64,000 nucleotides of DNA from Lingula anatina (taxonomy: Eukaryota > Animalia > Brachiopoda): the NCBI GenBank assembly GCA_051362555.1, contig CM120641.1, positions 20,460,001 to 20,524,000 on the forward strand, given 5' to 3'. Numbering within the stretch: the stretch's first letter is position 1; the number at the start of each line of letters is the position of its first letter. Under the pieces are notes generated by a model. It searched no databases and was not told the origin of the DNA. It worked only from the letters and a program-made list of their open reading frames with translations. Shown in pieces: positions 50,801 through 62,686 of the stretch. The translations under genes were made by a program, and so were the position numbers.

Positions 50801-52161
50801 ACTCTCTGCTGTATCAGTATTTTATCATGTGTGTTTTGTGTCTACGTGTGTGTGTTTGATAATGGATGGAGCGTGGGTGTAAACGATGGCTAAAGCAAAT
50901 GTCTCGAGTCATTTTGTTGCGTTAGTACGTTAAGGATGCAAAAATGGAGATACGCTTGTTTGAAGTGACAACTAACATTGATTAGTGCAGATAAAACAGC
51001 TAATGTTCGACTTTTCTTGTTGCCGAACGAAGATAATAACTCTTCATGTTCAACATATTATCAGAGGCAATTTTAGCATATAGTTGACGTTGCTTGATTC
51101 AACAAATTCCATTCACTATCCCATGTAAAAGGGTACAACGATTAAATAAGATATTATTCTTTTAAAGACTGTATATTTTATGATATTTGAAAAGGATATG
51201 GATGGACTAAAACGTAGAGCATGATTCGTCGTAAAGGATTGAAGGGGGAGAGGCACCAAAATCCGTTGGTTGCACTAAATCGGTAAATTGACTTGTCTTT
51301 GCCTATCACGACAAAAGTCTGAAACAAACAAGATGTTATTAATTGCAGTTTTATAATTGACTAGAAAAAGGCAGCAATGTACTGTTTTTCTCAGTATCAG
51401 AGAGTTTTAATAGAAAGAACAACTAATCAATACAAGTGGCAAATAGACGTGTTGACAAGAGTCGTCTATGCAAATGGCTGCTAACTTGCGATGAGACAGA
51501 CGCCATGTCTGCATATTTGAGAGCCAAACTTAGGCCTACATCGCGTTACACAAAACGTAATACAAGGCCTATTAATGTTTGCATTGTAAATGATCAGATA
51601 CATTGGGTTGTATCAGCACCTTACTCGTCATCATCACAGTTTCTACTGAGGGTAAGGTGCATTTAAAAGGAATCATATTATCTGTCAATTATACATTGGG
51701 CTTTAAGTGTTCTTCTAATGCCTCCCCAGGAAACACCGCGTTCAGAGGTTACCTGCCAACCACGTGGCCCCAACATGGCGTCCCCTTGGTACATGTAGTA
51801 ACATAAAGCCACGGAAAATACACACCTTTTGATTTTGGTAAAAATCATCGATATCTTCCAGCGGTTTTCCAACAAATTCCGGTGGGAAATAATCTCCTAA
51901 TCGGGGCGGCAGCTTTGCTCCAGCTGCTAAATGTTTATTCGGCCCCTCCTCCTCTTCTTCCTCGTGTGCATCTTTCTTCTCTTCCTTCTTGTCTTCCTGT
52001 GTGCCCTCCTCCTCTGCTAGCTTGGCCTGCTCCTCAGCCTCCTTTTTGGCACGCGCTTCCTCCTCAATTCGCTCCTCGATCCGACGTAGGGACTCTCGTG
52101 TAAAGATGCGGAAGAGGGGCTGTTCATCGTCGGCTTCTTCCATAGTATCTATATACGTCAT
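22711..52161 (-). CDS. Nav1: Voltage-gated sodium channel alpha subunit, Nav1/para type (DEKA filter), complete multi-exon CDS of about 1992 aa for the longest isoform
   Basis: 25 hand-assembled exons sum to 5979 nt in frame. Four S4 segments, pore residues D (TQDYWE), E (CGEWIE), K (TFKGW), A (TSAGW), MFM inactivation motif, IQ motif, C-terminus PDSDVVA. Confidence 0.97.
24189..24459 (-). CDS. Nav1: Nav1 exon: DIV S1-S3
   Basis: 271 bp, AG/GTAAGT boundaries, [24 protein letters not shown]. Confidence 0.95.
24832..24939 (-). CDS. Nav1: Nav1 exon: III-IV linker with MFM inactivation gate
   Basis: 108 bp, [36 protein letters not shown]. Acceptor ctcctttctttAC, donor GTAAAT. Confidence 0.93.
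24940..26446 (-). other. AT-AC intron with U2-type signals
   Basis: Donor AAG|ATACGT, acceptor is a pyrimidine tract ending AC|GCA. No ATATCC donor and no TCCTTAAC branch point near the acceptor. Restores conserved KKK|AGGSLEMFM. Confidence 0.8.
26447..26584 (-). CDS. Nav1: Nav1 exon: DIII S6
   Basis: 138 bp, [46 protein letters not shown]. Confidence 0.95.
27028..27269. mobile_element. Degenerate palindromic MITE-like element
   Basis: Inverted arms TAGCCCGAAACTGGTC..AGACCCAAATTT and AAATTTGGAGTCT..GACCAATTCTGGCGCTA. Similar sequence near 4450-4690. Confidence 0.45.
27325..27378 (-). CDS. Nav1: Nav1 exon: DIII pore loop
   Basis: 54 bp, [27 protein letters not shown] boundaries. Confidence 0.95.
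27846..28115 (-). CDS. Nav1: Nav1 exon: DIII S5 and turret
   Basis: 270 bp, [30 protein letters not shown]. Confidence 0.95.
28985..30126. mobile_element. Non-autonomous TIR transposon (~1.14 kb) with 5-bp TSD, hAT5-like, in a Nav1 intron
   Basis: 14-bp TIRs CAGGGCCGTAGCCT and AGGCTACGGCCCTG. TATGT on both flanks (28980-28984, 30127-30131). G-rich and C-rich subterminal blocks. Confidence 0.8.
30656..30781 (-). CDS. Nav1: Nav1 alternative exon DIII S3-S4, copy 2
   Basis: 126 bp, [51 protein letters not shown]. Confidence 0.92.
31262..31399 (-). CDS. Nav1: Nav1 alternative exon DIII S3-S4, copy 1
   Basis: 138 bp, [55 protein letters not shown]. Confidence 0.92.
32976..33037. repeat. 31-bp tandem duplication inside a degenerate TIR-element-like tract (~32630-33110)
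   Basis: GATACAGTTAGGTCAACT(G/A)AATATTTAGGAT occurs twice. Surrounding CAGTT/AACTG motifs and an end resembling TTTTAAGAGTGT. Confidence 0.75.
35235..35292 (-). other. Candidate stop-containing (poison) cassette exon of Nav1
   Basis: Acceptor tcattttgttgttaacAG|ACT GTG TAA and donor GAC|GTAAGT. 58 bp with in-frame TAA and TGA. Confidence 0.45.
35722..35895 (-). CDS. Nav1: Nav1 exon: DIII S2-S3
   Basis: 174 bp, [25 protein letters not shown]. Confidence 0.95.
36822..37312 (-). CDS. Nav1: Nav1 exon: II-III linker and DIII S1
   Basis: 491 bp, phase 1 to phase 0, ending [27 protein letters not shown]. Confidence 0.9.
37750..38086 (-). CDS. Nav1: Nav1 exon: end of DII S6 and II-III linker
   Basis: 337 bp, starts [18 protein letters not shown], donor AAG|GTAATA. 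Confidence 0.9.
38431..38781 (-). CDS. Nav1: Nav1 exon: DII S4-S6 with pore loop
   Basis: 351 bp, [37 protein letters not shown]. Confidence 0.97.
39452..39625 (-). CDS. Nav1: Nav1 exon: DII S2-S4
   Basis: 174 bp, [50 protein letters not shown]. Confidence 0.95.
40194..40459 (-). CDS. Nav1: Nav1 exon: end of I-II linker and DII S1
   Basis: 266 bp, ..[38 protein letters not shown]. Confidence 0.92.
41044..41131 (-). CDS. Nav1: Nav1 exon: I-II linker
   Basis: 88 bp, [29 protein letters not shown]. Needed to bridge phase 0 to phase 1. Donor AAG|GTAAGA. Confidence 0.75.
41926..42384 (-). CDS. Nav1: Nav1 exon: I-II linker
   Basis: 459 bp, [38 protein letters not shown], motifs typical of protostome para/Nav1. 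Confidence 0.88.
42805..42990 (-). CDS. Nav1: Nav1 exon: I-II linker
   Basis: 186 bp, [29 protein letters not shown], donor GTAAGT. A weaker in-frame donor 9 nt further on would add VSK. Confidence 0.82.
44066..44230 (-). CDS. Nav1: Nav1 exon: DI S6
   Basis: 165 bp, [43 protein letters not shown]. Confidence 0.93.
44886..45051 (-). CDS. Nav1: Nav1 exon: DI pore loop
   Basis: 166 bp, ..[34 protein letters not shown]. Confidence 0.96.
45881..45959 (-). CDS. Nav1: Nav1 exon: DI turret
   Basis: 79 bp, [26 protein letters not shown]. Phases match both neighbours. Confidence 0.85.
46186..46383 (-). CDS. Nav1: Nav1 exon: DI S5
   Basis: 198 bp, [29 protein letters not shown]. Confidence 0.95.
47429..47523 (-). 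CDS. Nav1: Nav1 alternative exon DI S3-S4, copy 2
   Basis: 95 bp, [40 protein letters not shown]. Confidence 0.92.
47672..47775 (-). CDS. Nav1: Nav1 alternative exon DI S3-S4, copy 1
   Basis: 104 bp, [43 protein letters not shown]. Confidence 0.92.
49371..49499 (-). CDS. Nav1: Nav1 exon: DI S2-S3
   Basis: 129 bp, [36 protein letters not shown]. Confidence 0.96.
49752..49832 (-). CDS. Nav1: Nav1 coding exon 3: DI S1
   Basis: 81 bp, [27 protein letters not shown]. In frame only when the AC acceptor is used. Confidence 0.93.
49833..51199 (-). other. U12-type (minor spliceosome) AT-AC intron
   Basis: 5' site ATATCCTTT, branch point TTCCTTAAC (49849-49841), AC terminus 8 nt downstream of the branch motif. 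Confidence 0.95.
51200..51318 (-). CDS. Nav1: Nav1 coding exon 2
   Basis: 119 bp, [40 protein letters not shown]. Confidence 0.95.
51826..52161 (-). CDS. Nav1: Nav1 coding exon 1 (start codon at 52161 or 52143)
   Basis: [40 protein letters not shown]. An acceptor upstream at 52185 implies an untranslated exon further 5'. Confidence 0.92.
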
Positions 52162-53228
52162 CTGATCAATCGAGGAACCAGGATCTACAATCAAAAAGTA
52201 GAAGCTAGTATTAATGTACAGCAGTTCTTTTCTGTGCTCATCTACCCATACTAATGATGTTAGTTAAACTAGGGAATCATTTTGCGTCACTATCATGTAA
52301 ATTCAGAAGTCCAATGTTCACTCTTTTATGGATCAATGGTATTCTTCAAATGCCTGGTGTGGCACAAAAGCATGCGCGGCATTTAACGAACGCCCATTAT
52401 CCATTAAACTTATTAGAATGTGTCATAAAAGATGGACTAAACTGAATATGCAGGCCTGCCCGAAAACCCCACGTACCCGGCACAAAAAGGAGAAACTCGT
52501 CACATAGTCCAGGGAGTGAATGGTTGACGCACGGTCAAACAACATTGTACAACCCGTGTTTATCATGCCTATTGCGAATGGCCTTTTGGTTATTGAGTTT
52601 GTCAGTCGTGGCCAACATCGAATTTCAACACTGGTAAAACGGTGCAAATATGCCTTTAGCTGTTATTTTGACTTCACCAGATCCAACAATACCATTGGAG
52701 ACGCCACGTAATCGTTTGCTATCAATACCTTTTGTTAAGTGCAGCGAGTGAAGCATGGGTAGTTGGAGTTAGTTTCCTTTCCTGATAACTTGAAATGATT
52801 CGCATAGATGTTCCTTGTTTGAAAACCATCTGACAGGGAGGCAGTTTACCATTATTTAACTATAAATATCTGAGGTGTAATGACATATATTTTACAGTCT
52901 TATTGAATAAACGTTTTCTTTCCTTGTTGTACGGTATTGCGTATTGTTCACAAGGCCGCACTCTGGAATTAATTTCCGGGATTTAATCAAGCACTTTATT
53001 TCTTACACGAACGTCATTAATCGCACACAGAGCATCATATGATCCGATTATTTTTCTCAACAACTATAGCCTGGTTACAGAAACAAGTACCACAACAGGA
53101 ACAAAACAAAGATTTATATATTGACTATCATTATGTGTCATCTCGAGAGAAAACGGGACTGGTTTTTCACCATATAAAGTAACCATCTTTCATAGGTACT
53201 AACTGTTTCACGCTCGTGCCAGCGCGCG

Positions 53229-53250
53229 CACACACACGCGCACACATGCA

Positions 53251-53312
<62 letters not shown>
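53229..53312. repeat. Compound (CA)n(GA)n microsatellite
   Basis: Direct reading of the sequence. Confidence 0.95.
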
Positions 53313-53315
<3 letters not shown>

Positions 53316-56300
53316 TAGGAGGGTTCTAAAAGCGCTAAGAAACCAATCCTGAGTCGGGCCTACTCAAAGTTCCAGGAATTTTGTTTTCAATAATTCTATT
53401 TTCAAGGCTCCTACGCTACACCTATCCTTGAATTTCTATTTATTGTTACTTTTGAATTTTCTAGTGGGATTGTCATCATTTCCGGTAGAGCAAGATCCGA
53501 TTAAATTTCCAATTTCCTATGTTTACGATATCAGAATGTATAAGCATTTTCTATTTTCATGCATGCTGTAATTGATATTTTATAAGATGAATAAGTAAAG
53601 CAGCATATTAAGTTACGTACACAACAAAAATCATCTTTGAAAAAAATTAGAGTGAGGCATGTTGTAAAAAGATGCATTAAGGTCGATAATTTATAACTTA
53701 TGTGCAATAATTTCACATCGCAGGGGGTCGGGGGGGGGGGGGGGAGGGCACATGCGACACGTGCACCTTTCCCAATACTAAACAGGAGAATGGTTGAACC
53801 CCGCTCCCCCCGCATGGAAAATTCCAGGGTCCGTTGTTGTAAACCGAAAACGTTCTTCTCAGTGTCAATGCTTTTAAGGGATTATCAGATCGACAATGCC
53901 ACTGGGTGCTCCTCCAGATGAGAATCAACCTAAAACGGGAATGAATTATCATAATGGACGTTCTATTAGCTTATCTTAGCATTTGCAGCGGAGCCCAGTG
54001 GAGAAGCAGAAGCTTGATATAATTACGTTCAATTAAAGGCTGAGCCCCAACAAATAACACACTAATACAATTCTAATATAATTCACTGGGGATAAAATGG
54101 TGGTAGAAGCCCATTAACAGGCGACAAGGCTGGCATGACTGTACCGGCTGTGGCACCAGCGTTCCAGATAGGGGCCCTATGAAAGCCAGTTGGTACAAAG
54201 AGATCAGAAAATCACATGAGAGAGGGAGGTGGGAGATGATTGATCTGGAATTTTCAAACACTAAGTGCCTCGCCTGCGTTGACGGCGTTGGCCGAATTAA
54301 TTTTGTTTGAACGCCGCCAAAAGTCGGGATAGCAGTTCAAATAAGGTTAGGTGTTTTTTTAGAAAATATATTCACGGTTAAGTTAAGATAAGAGATCAGA
54401 GAAAACTGAAACCATGCTTATTTCTGTTGTTCGGCTCCAAGCCGTGGTATAATGAATGTAAAATTGCACGTTTGGTGTATTCCGACGTTTTAAATCATCA
54501 TCATCATCATTATCACAGAAGACAAACTTAGGTTTAAGCCCTTACATTACAATACTTTTTAATAACCCTCACCCAGCTTTTACAGTATTTAGAAGGTCTG
54601 GTCATGTTGACTGCAGGTTTATTTGATATCTTCTTTTTCAAATGGGCAACTTCTAGCAAATGACCCAATGGTATTTGATGCTTCGCAAATTTTAACAAAC
54701 AGTGATAGGCAAAAAGTCTATGTTCATCTAGTGTTTTATTATACATATTTTGCACTTCATCAGTTAAATACTTCTAGTAGGGGTTGTCATCCATGGTGGG
54801 AAAACGATGGACTTCCGGTTTTGTTCCATATTCCGGGGTCGAGGTCTAATGCAAAGTCAGATAATTTTCGGGATGAATAAACGAAAACATTGAACAACTG
54901 CCGTAAGAAGGCAATTATCATTTTGAGATAACTGCAATTTGAGACCCAATTAAATAAAGGGGAATCTATATATGCGCCTGAAAAATAAATGCCTTTGATA
55001 AATTACGTGGAATAATCTTAATCTTGATTTGTTAGTAATTAGAATTAATATTAACAAGTTCTCTTTCTCTATTAGATTGTTATTAGTTCCAAGATTTTGT
55101 ATTTAGTAATACCGGTATTTTGCCTGCCAATTACTAGCTCTAGTGAGAATAGTTTACAGACCAACCAACACCCAACAACTTGCGGGCATTCAGCCAGTTA
55201 ATGCTCTTGTGACAAGAGCAAAGCATTGCTGTCTCATAATTGTATAATCTATGTTTCAAAGTAAGTGATAATTATAACTTTAAAGTTACCAAATCTTTTT
55301 TGTTTTTTAAAATATTTTTTAAAATATTAAAATATATCATCTAGAATTATTTTTTTTATTCTGCTCTATATATCTTACTTACAATTAGTTAGTTACAGGA
55401 TTAAATTAATTACAGAATTAAATTATTTCAAATAAATGAATATGTTGGTTGCCATTATCTTCAAGAGTAGTTCTATAACCAAAAGCACTACAAAATGGCG
55501 AAAATTCCCATATTTGCTGTCTTCGCATTCTTATTCAGTCAGATGGTGATCTGGTCAATAACACCGCCTGTTGTAAGGTACGGCGTGTTTCAAGTCCAAG
55601 TTCAAGACAAGCTCAAGCCCAGACTCAGATTTTTCGGTTTAAGTCAAACAAACGCCACTTTTCTAAAGTTGATTATATTGTGATGAAAAGTTACATCAAT
55701 CAGTGCAGCATCACTACTAAACCAAAGTCAATACCAACTTTTTTTGCATTCAATCGTTCTTGTTAATGAAATATGTATTTCCCTCAATGCAAAAATACAT
55801 TGGTGAATAAATAAATAGATAAATAAAAACACAGATAAGCAAGTATATGCATGCACATGTACGTACACGTAAGGATGAGACAAATGCTGAAACAAGCTTA
55901 ATGTACCTCTGCTACATGTATGCCAGCCTTGATTTAGTAGATAACATCAAATTATATTGTCAAATTAACTATTTATTATTGTCGTTATCATGTCATTTCA
56001 TACTAGACCTGTCCGTATTAAAAAGGAATCGATATAGTTTATAACTAAAGCTTCTCTCATACGCTGAAGGATTATAGCCGATACTGGACGAACTTCTCCA
56101 ATAACTACTGGCGTCTTTGATTTATCTTAGACGAAGCCGAAATCGATTTTATGACTGAAACACTGTGTAATATAAATAGTATTATTAACAATACAGGTGT
56201 TTTGTATATTGGCATTCCTCGGTTATATCAATATAGATTTCTTGTGGTGCATTGTCACCCGTGGTCTAGAATTACCGCATGATGATATGCCAGAGCAGCG

Positions 56301-59076
56301 TAAAGTACTGCCTATCTAGAACCACATTGTTTGTTATACCATGTCTTATCAATAAATGAAGATTATGAATAGGGATATACTGCATATGCGTTATTTTGTG
56401 CAATGACGTAGAATGTCTTTAAGTATGTGTTTGTCTGTGCGCGCATGTGTGTGTGCGTGGGTGCAAGGGCAAAAATGAAAAGGACTGAAATGTGGCAAAG
56501 AAACCCCTGCCCTCTGTTTACGAGTAGTAGCAGATCGATTGTTTCAAGAGAAAGTATTATGCGTCTTGGCATCTCGACACAAACAGATACGTGTGAAATG
56601 CGTATTGCGGAACCCTTCCATTCTGGTCTAGTATGTCATGGGAAAGGCCTTACATCATTTTAAGTGTTTAATATTTCGCACGTAACCAAAAATGCTGATG
56701 CTTTTCATTACTTGTTCCGCTTAAAAGGTGATGGATTGATTTAACCGCCAATGGAAAGTTAGATATCTGAAACAGTTTATGAATATATTGCACAAGCATA
56801 CATGTAGCTTGTTTGATTGAGTGACTGTGTCAGTTAAAAACATCCAATCCAAAACGCTGATAATACCATAATTTGAGGTATACCTAACATTCATTTTCAC
56901 GAAATTTTCAACGAAAAACACGGAGCATGATTGCCAACACTTGTCCTTGTTCTTGAGTGCTCATCTAATCTTAACCAAACTCTAACTTGACAGTGTTTTG
57001 GGTTTGTGTGCGGAATATAAACAATAGGTGTGTTTTGGCATTGGTCGGATTTCACGGCATTACTGCATAGGAAGCCATTCCAAAGCCAAGAATTTGACAC
57101 TATAGGAAACACAAGAAAACAGGAAGTAATACATCATCAGTGATTGATCACTATCGAAACAACTTTCATTTATATAATGAATAAGATCTGCGAGTAAACT
57201 ATAGTGGTACATGTATTAGAAAACTAGCCAGACGATAACTAATACAGTATTGCCTAAAAAACTCCCCAAAAGTGGTATGTAGATTCCCTTTAATATTTTA
57301 TTAACTCTTAGGAATGCTAGGGTCAGAGTTAGGCCTTTTTTCCTTTTCTTTTTTCTTTTTAAATTTTGGTGAGAGCAATACCCGCTGGCGTTTGTTGTCA
57401 TGGGTTTGAAAATGAAATTAGTCTTGGCTCTTTTTCCACACGATCTTTTGAAATCTTATCTCATAGAGTCGTTAAAATCCATAATTTGACTAGTTTGTCA
57501 AAATGCTCAAGGTAAATATGAACCGAGAGATACAGAATCGACTATAAGACAATAAAATTCCAGGGATTTAGTCTAAATTCCACTACACATGGTTTTTAAA
57601 GTTGAGTGAAGTGTCGCTATCTGATAACCTAGCAGGTTCATAACTCATGTGTAAATTTGCTGTCCTCTTAATGCTGTGAAATCGTTGAAGGTGCCTTGTA
57701 ATCTGCAACTTCATACACGGTCTTTATATATAATTAAATTGATACGGTTACGTACTGGTACCAATTGCTTTCAATCTCGCAAATGCTTTCAATTTCAGTT
57801 TAAAGATGACAAAAGCCATTTTAGTCTATGGTTTTAACTTTTTACCTCGGTTTTTATATTTAAATTAAAATTCACTGAAACTTCGATATTATGTCAGGTT
57901 ACATATTATACAATATGTGTGTTGCAATGGTGCTAGAAATATGTGAACTGTAACAACGATTGCAATAATAATTCAGTGACATGTCAAGGTTGTAAATAAT
58001 GCGGAAACTGTTGAATTATGGATAGTGGCTCAAAAAATTATCATACATATCTTCCTACGATATACACGTGGTAAGTTTCGGGAAGACCTTAATGAAATGA
58101 TTTCCACATCACCAAGACATTGAGAAGCCCATTAACCAGTCAGTAAAGCTAATTATGTATTTCATCAAATATTTCTATAGTGGATATCTGTAAAGTACCC
58201 ATTGGTTCTCCATAGTCCAAGCATAACATACATACAGCCACATGTAAATTAATGCACGCCCCCACAAAGGCTGTGGACACACCTATTACATGTATCGTAA
58301 TGAAAGGTATGTATAAATACTGAGTTACATGGACATGGAAAAATGTAGTTTCTCATTGTTCCGCGTATAGATTGCTGTGTAAATAACGGTACTTTAAAAG
58401 CACCTGGTTATAACTTTACCATATGATGTACATAGGGCTGCATATGTAGTATATTTCAAACTCATTGGTCCATCCATTACATATCAGTAAAACGTCCTGG
58501 TTTGTGTTTTTTTTTATCAAAGAATATAGAAAACGACAAAGGTTCCACGTGTCTCAAAGTAACCGACACTGGATAATGACAATATTTCAGTCATATGTAT
58601 GTATATATGTATGTATGTATGTATGTGCAGACATACAGAACCGAGGTTATAAAGGAGCCGTCATTGCTGCCACAATGCTCTGAATATAAAACAGTGTCTG
58701 GCCTTATAAAGACTAATCTGCCTATACGTGTGGGACTCCATTTTGTATCTATGCTAACCTAAATGAGCTGTAACACAATGGATTTGTCATTCCGTATATT
58801 CTGAAACTGACAAAGACGTGTAATCAAAATGCATTTTATATTCACGATGCGTATTTCTCTCTCAGGTACCAATTCAAAACTGCACATTATATAATTGATA
58901 TGGAATTTGCCAAACGTTCCAATGATTTTAACACCATCATAGAGGCTACATTACATATACCCTTTCTTACACACCCATTATTATTATTATTATTGTATAA
59001 ATTCAGCCAATATCACACTCAGCCCGGTTTTTGAAAAATTGCAAAATATGTCTGAAACATTATATGAATTTCTTAC

Positions 59077-59600
59077 CGTCGTAACAACATTACAAATTCA
59101 TTGAATGTCGCAAGCAATTCCATACAGAATTTTTATCCCTCTGCCCCATTTCTCCAGCAATCTGAATGGTGATGATAAAGTTGAACATGTTCCTATTGAT
59201 CGTCTGAAAATCGGCCATATTTACTGTTGGACCGGGAACGTCATTAATCCGTTTTCTTTCCACAAGCTTATTCCATTGCTAGAGACGGTGAGCAGTTCCG
59301 TTCTTAGTAAATGACCACAATTTTAAATCCAGCTAGTCGACGTTTTCAACACTCCCATTCAGCTTCCGCAGTGGTGTACTTTTCCGTTGGCCTCCTCTGT
59401 CCCGAGCTCCCTACCACCCGTTCATTTCGTCTTGGACAACTCCTCTCTGCTAAGGCGGACGGCAGAACACCACGCTCTGTATCTTCGGGTCTAATGCACA
59501 AATGCAGCCGTCATTCCTCTCGGGACAAGATTAACTGAGCGAGTTGCAAAAGGCCTTTGGATCACGGTTATTGATCCCAGAGCTGCTTCTGTATATAAAG
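59077..59600 (-). promoter_or_regulatory. Candidate Nav1 promoter and untranslated first exon
   Basis: GC/CpG-enriched block at 59330-59560, TATA-like TTTATATA near 59592-59599 on the minus strand, donor CG|GTAAGA at 59076. Confidence 0.35.
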
Positions 59601-60632
59601 ATTGTCTGCATGCTTGTAAGCCAGCTCTTCATGTCGGCTGGATGGAATCAGGGTTCTATCCAACAAGCGATTGTTATGGGATTAAAGTAAGGACCGGGCT
59701 GAACGCAGGTGGACAATTTTTTCTTTACTAGGAAATAGCTTTGTGTTTTGTGACTTGCTGCTGATAATAGAATGTAAAGAGTAAATAGAACACCAAGTTG
59801 TCTCCACTGGGGACACTGTCACAATAGCTAGTCAACATTCATAAAAGAAAGGGAGCGTTTTTTCTTTAATATACATGCCCTTTGCCCCCCCCCCCCCCCC
59901 CCCCCAAATAAAATCCCACATCAATCCAACCTGGTGCCAATTTTTAACGTTATTTCACATAATTTTACGAATCCCTACGACAAGAAGTCAATATTAAAGC
60001 TCTGCGTTCAAAACTGGCCAAAAACCATGATGAACAAAACACCATATATATATTTTGCGACTCTATGCAAATCTAGAACTATATAATCTGTAAAGCAAGC
60101 ACGACTAACACCAAATACTTCTACCAAATGCAATAAATGACATAAAACGTTTTCAGCCAGAAGCACTTTTATACTTAGGTATTGATCGTCGAAGAGAGCG
60201 TTTTTGACGAAGAGAGCTGAAAGCATCCCTTGCGGCGTACGGTCAAGCATTGAAAGAGTATGCTGGATATAATGTGGGGGGAATATTGGCTTGTTGAAAA
60301 TCAGGCCATCGATTTGAAAACCCAGTCAAAGATACAGGAGACATGTCGAAGATGAGAGTTTAAAGCATTATGTAAGATTCATTGCTATTTTTTTCAGTAG
60401 TTTAGTATGTGTAAGCAAAAACCTGAGATATTTTCGATAATCCTGAGTGTTTGAAATGTTTAGAATTTATAGGGTCTGTCAATTAAATGGACGATCTATT
60501 TTTTTCTCGAGTGAATATCTTGAATTAGGGTATTTGAATTAAACGAGGTGCCCAAATTATTGCTTGCATTTCACATTTTGAAAAATTCAGGAATATAGTG
60601 CTTGTAACGCTCTTTTTAGAATGATACTCTAT

Positions 60633-60857
60633 GGGTGCATTCCCAGAGATTTAGATCTATCCAGGGATTAAGATTTAGATCGACCTAATTCCCTGGGGGT
60701 TCACGCTAAATTGCAGTCAGCCAAGAGCGCACCATAGTTAATTACCCCTTTACAGCTTTTAGTAGGCGGGACAGACGCTTAAGCCGGCTAAGCTGACAGT
60801 AATCTAGTGAGACTCCCCACAGGGATAGATCGATCTAAAATCTGTGGGAATGGGGTC
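60633..60857. mobile_element. MITE, same family as 4136-4357
   Basis: Colinear similarity over about 220 bp. Flanks TAT and TAA. Confidence 0.75.
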
Positions 60858-62639
60858 TAAGATAACGGTGTTTTGTGATAGATTTTTTATAATTAATGCA
60901 TATATAATTTTTTAAAAACTTATATATATATATCAAGACGGAGTTCTTATATGTAATGTCATTTATAACTTTCATATTCCCAGTCTACATGCTTTCTTAA
61001 TGTAGACTGAGCATTCTAGTGATCTAACCTATGATTACGGAAAGGCGTGAATCCTTACAGCCCTGTTGGCAATATGGTCCCTAAGATGTACTCAAAATCA
61101 CACCAAAAACATTGACACGCGAACTGCGAATCCACCGTTTGCGGACTGAATCTCTAAGATCGCCACATTTCAATGATTTACACTTTCATTGTAAGGTCTG
61201 GAGTAGCTGCAGTCCCTCCGCTACACGCGGGCTGTTTTGTGACCAATGAAACAATGTATTCTTCTTGGGGTGATTTTGTGTCTATGACGTCACAATAAAT
61301 CTGTTAGCGCTACGCTCTGTCCTTTCTGTTTGGACAAAACTATGTATGTCACATACCAAACTTTGCTGAAAAAAGTGATTGATTATGGCTCATATAACTA
61401 TGCATCGATTGATTCAATGGTCGTTGCACGAAATATATTAATTTCAGACGATGAACTCAGAGTAAAAAGATAATGGTGACGCACCCCAAAGACAGATCGG
61501 ACATTTGGGATCACTTGACTTTGATCAAACCTATGTTGGGTCGTCTGTTTACAACAGATATTGCGCGTTTTAATGTACTAATAGAACACAGTATACGACA
61601 TGTGGCTGCTTGTAACTGTAACTATCGGATTAAGAAACCAAGTGTTGAATTGTGAATTTGCTGACATCTGAATATCGTGCATCTGAGAATCTATTTATTT
61701 TGGTGTTTAGTATATAAATTGTTTTAGCCCAAAAGATTGTAGTAAGGTAAACGTCCTCTGTAACAGAGTGGTCTTTGAATACCAAGCTAATTTTATTTTC
61801 TCGCTAAATTTTGTAATATTTCTGAATCCATATATCTTTGATTTTGGACATAATATGGTTTAAAAATACAGCTCCGTGGGTTAAAACAAATTTTTTTGGC
61901 AATTGATGATTTAAGTTTCATTTTCATAAGCTGTACCTTCCAAATAATTTGCATGGCCATTTAAACATCCTCGTACATCAGGTCGTTCATCCATGGACAA
62001 GATCCTTTTCAAAATATTTTCTTCCATTTTCAAGTTTTTTTCTTGATACACTATCTAACTTTTCCCATTTAATTTGATTCTTCAAGTCTTTTTAAATAAT
62101 TCAATACTGAACTTTTAGATTCTTTAAAGAATTTCCGTGAAGGCATGTGTCCATCCTAGAACTCCTCTGTGTTCATTAAAAGATTCTATGAGTTCGTTAA
62201 TCCGCGCGTGTCACACAGCTGGGGTGCCGGTCACGCATATTAACCTACCACACACACACACACCACTGCATGTGCCCGCTTATATTGGATTAATAATCTC
62301 TTCTATCGATGTTATGCACTATAACAAGGCTAGTTATCCTTGTTAAAGGTTTGGATGAGAATAGATAATTGGATCAACAAACATAATTCCAAAACACCAG
62401 CCCCCCCGTCCTGTTGCTGTTCCACTAACGGCAGGGAGGCTTATCCCCAATAAATAAGGACAACTATTTTGCTTATTCCTTTAATTAGCCTTCATAGTGA
62501 TCTCTGCCGGGATGCTCTCCACCTGCCGCGATTTGCATTCTATAGCTGTAATATGAAATTTTCCCTCCAAAATTAGCAACAAGTTGGAGAATAAAGATAA
62601 TTGAGACTTTCATCAAGAATGAAAATCACAGCAGGTGTG

Positions 62640-62647
62640 AGTGTGTA

Positions 62648-62685
<38 letters not shown>

Positions 62686-62686
62686 T
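62640..62686. repeat. (GT)n microsatellite
   Basis: Direct reading of the sequence. Confidence 0.9.
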
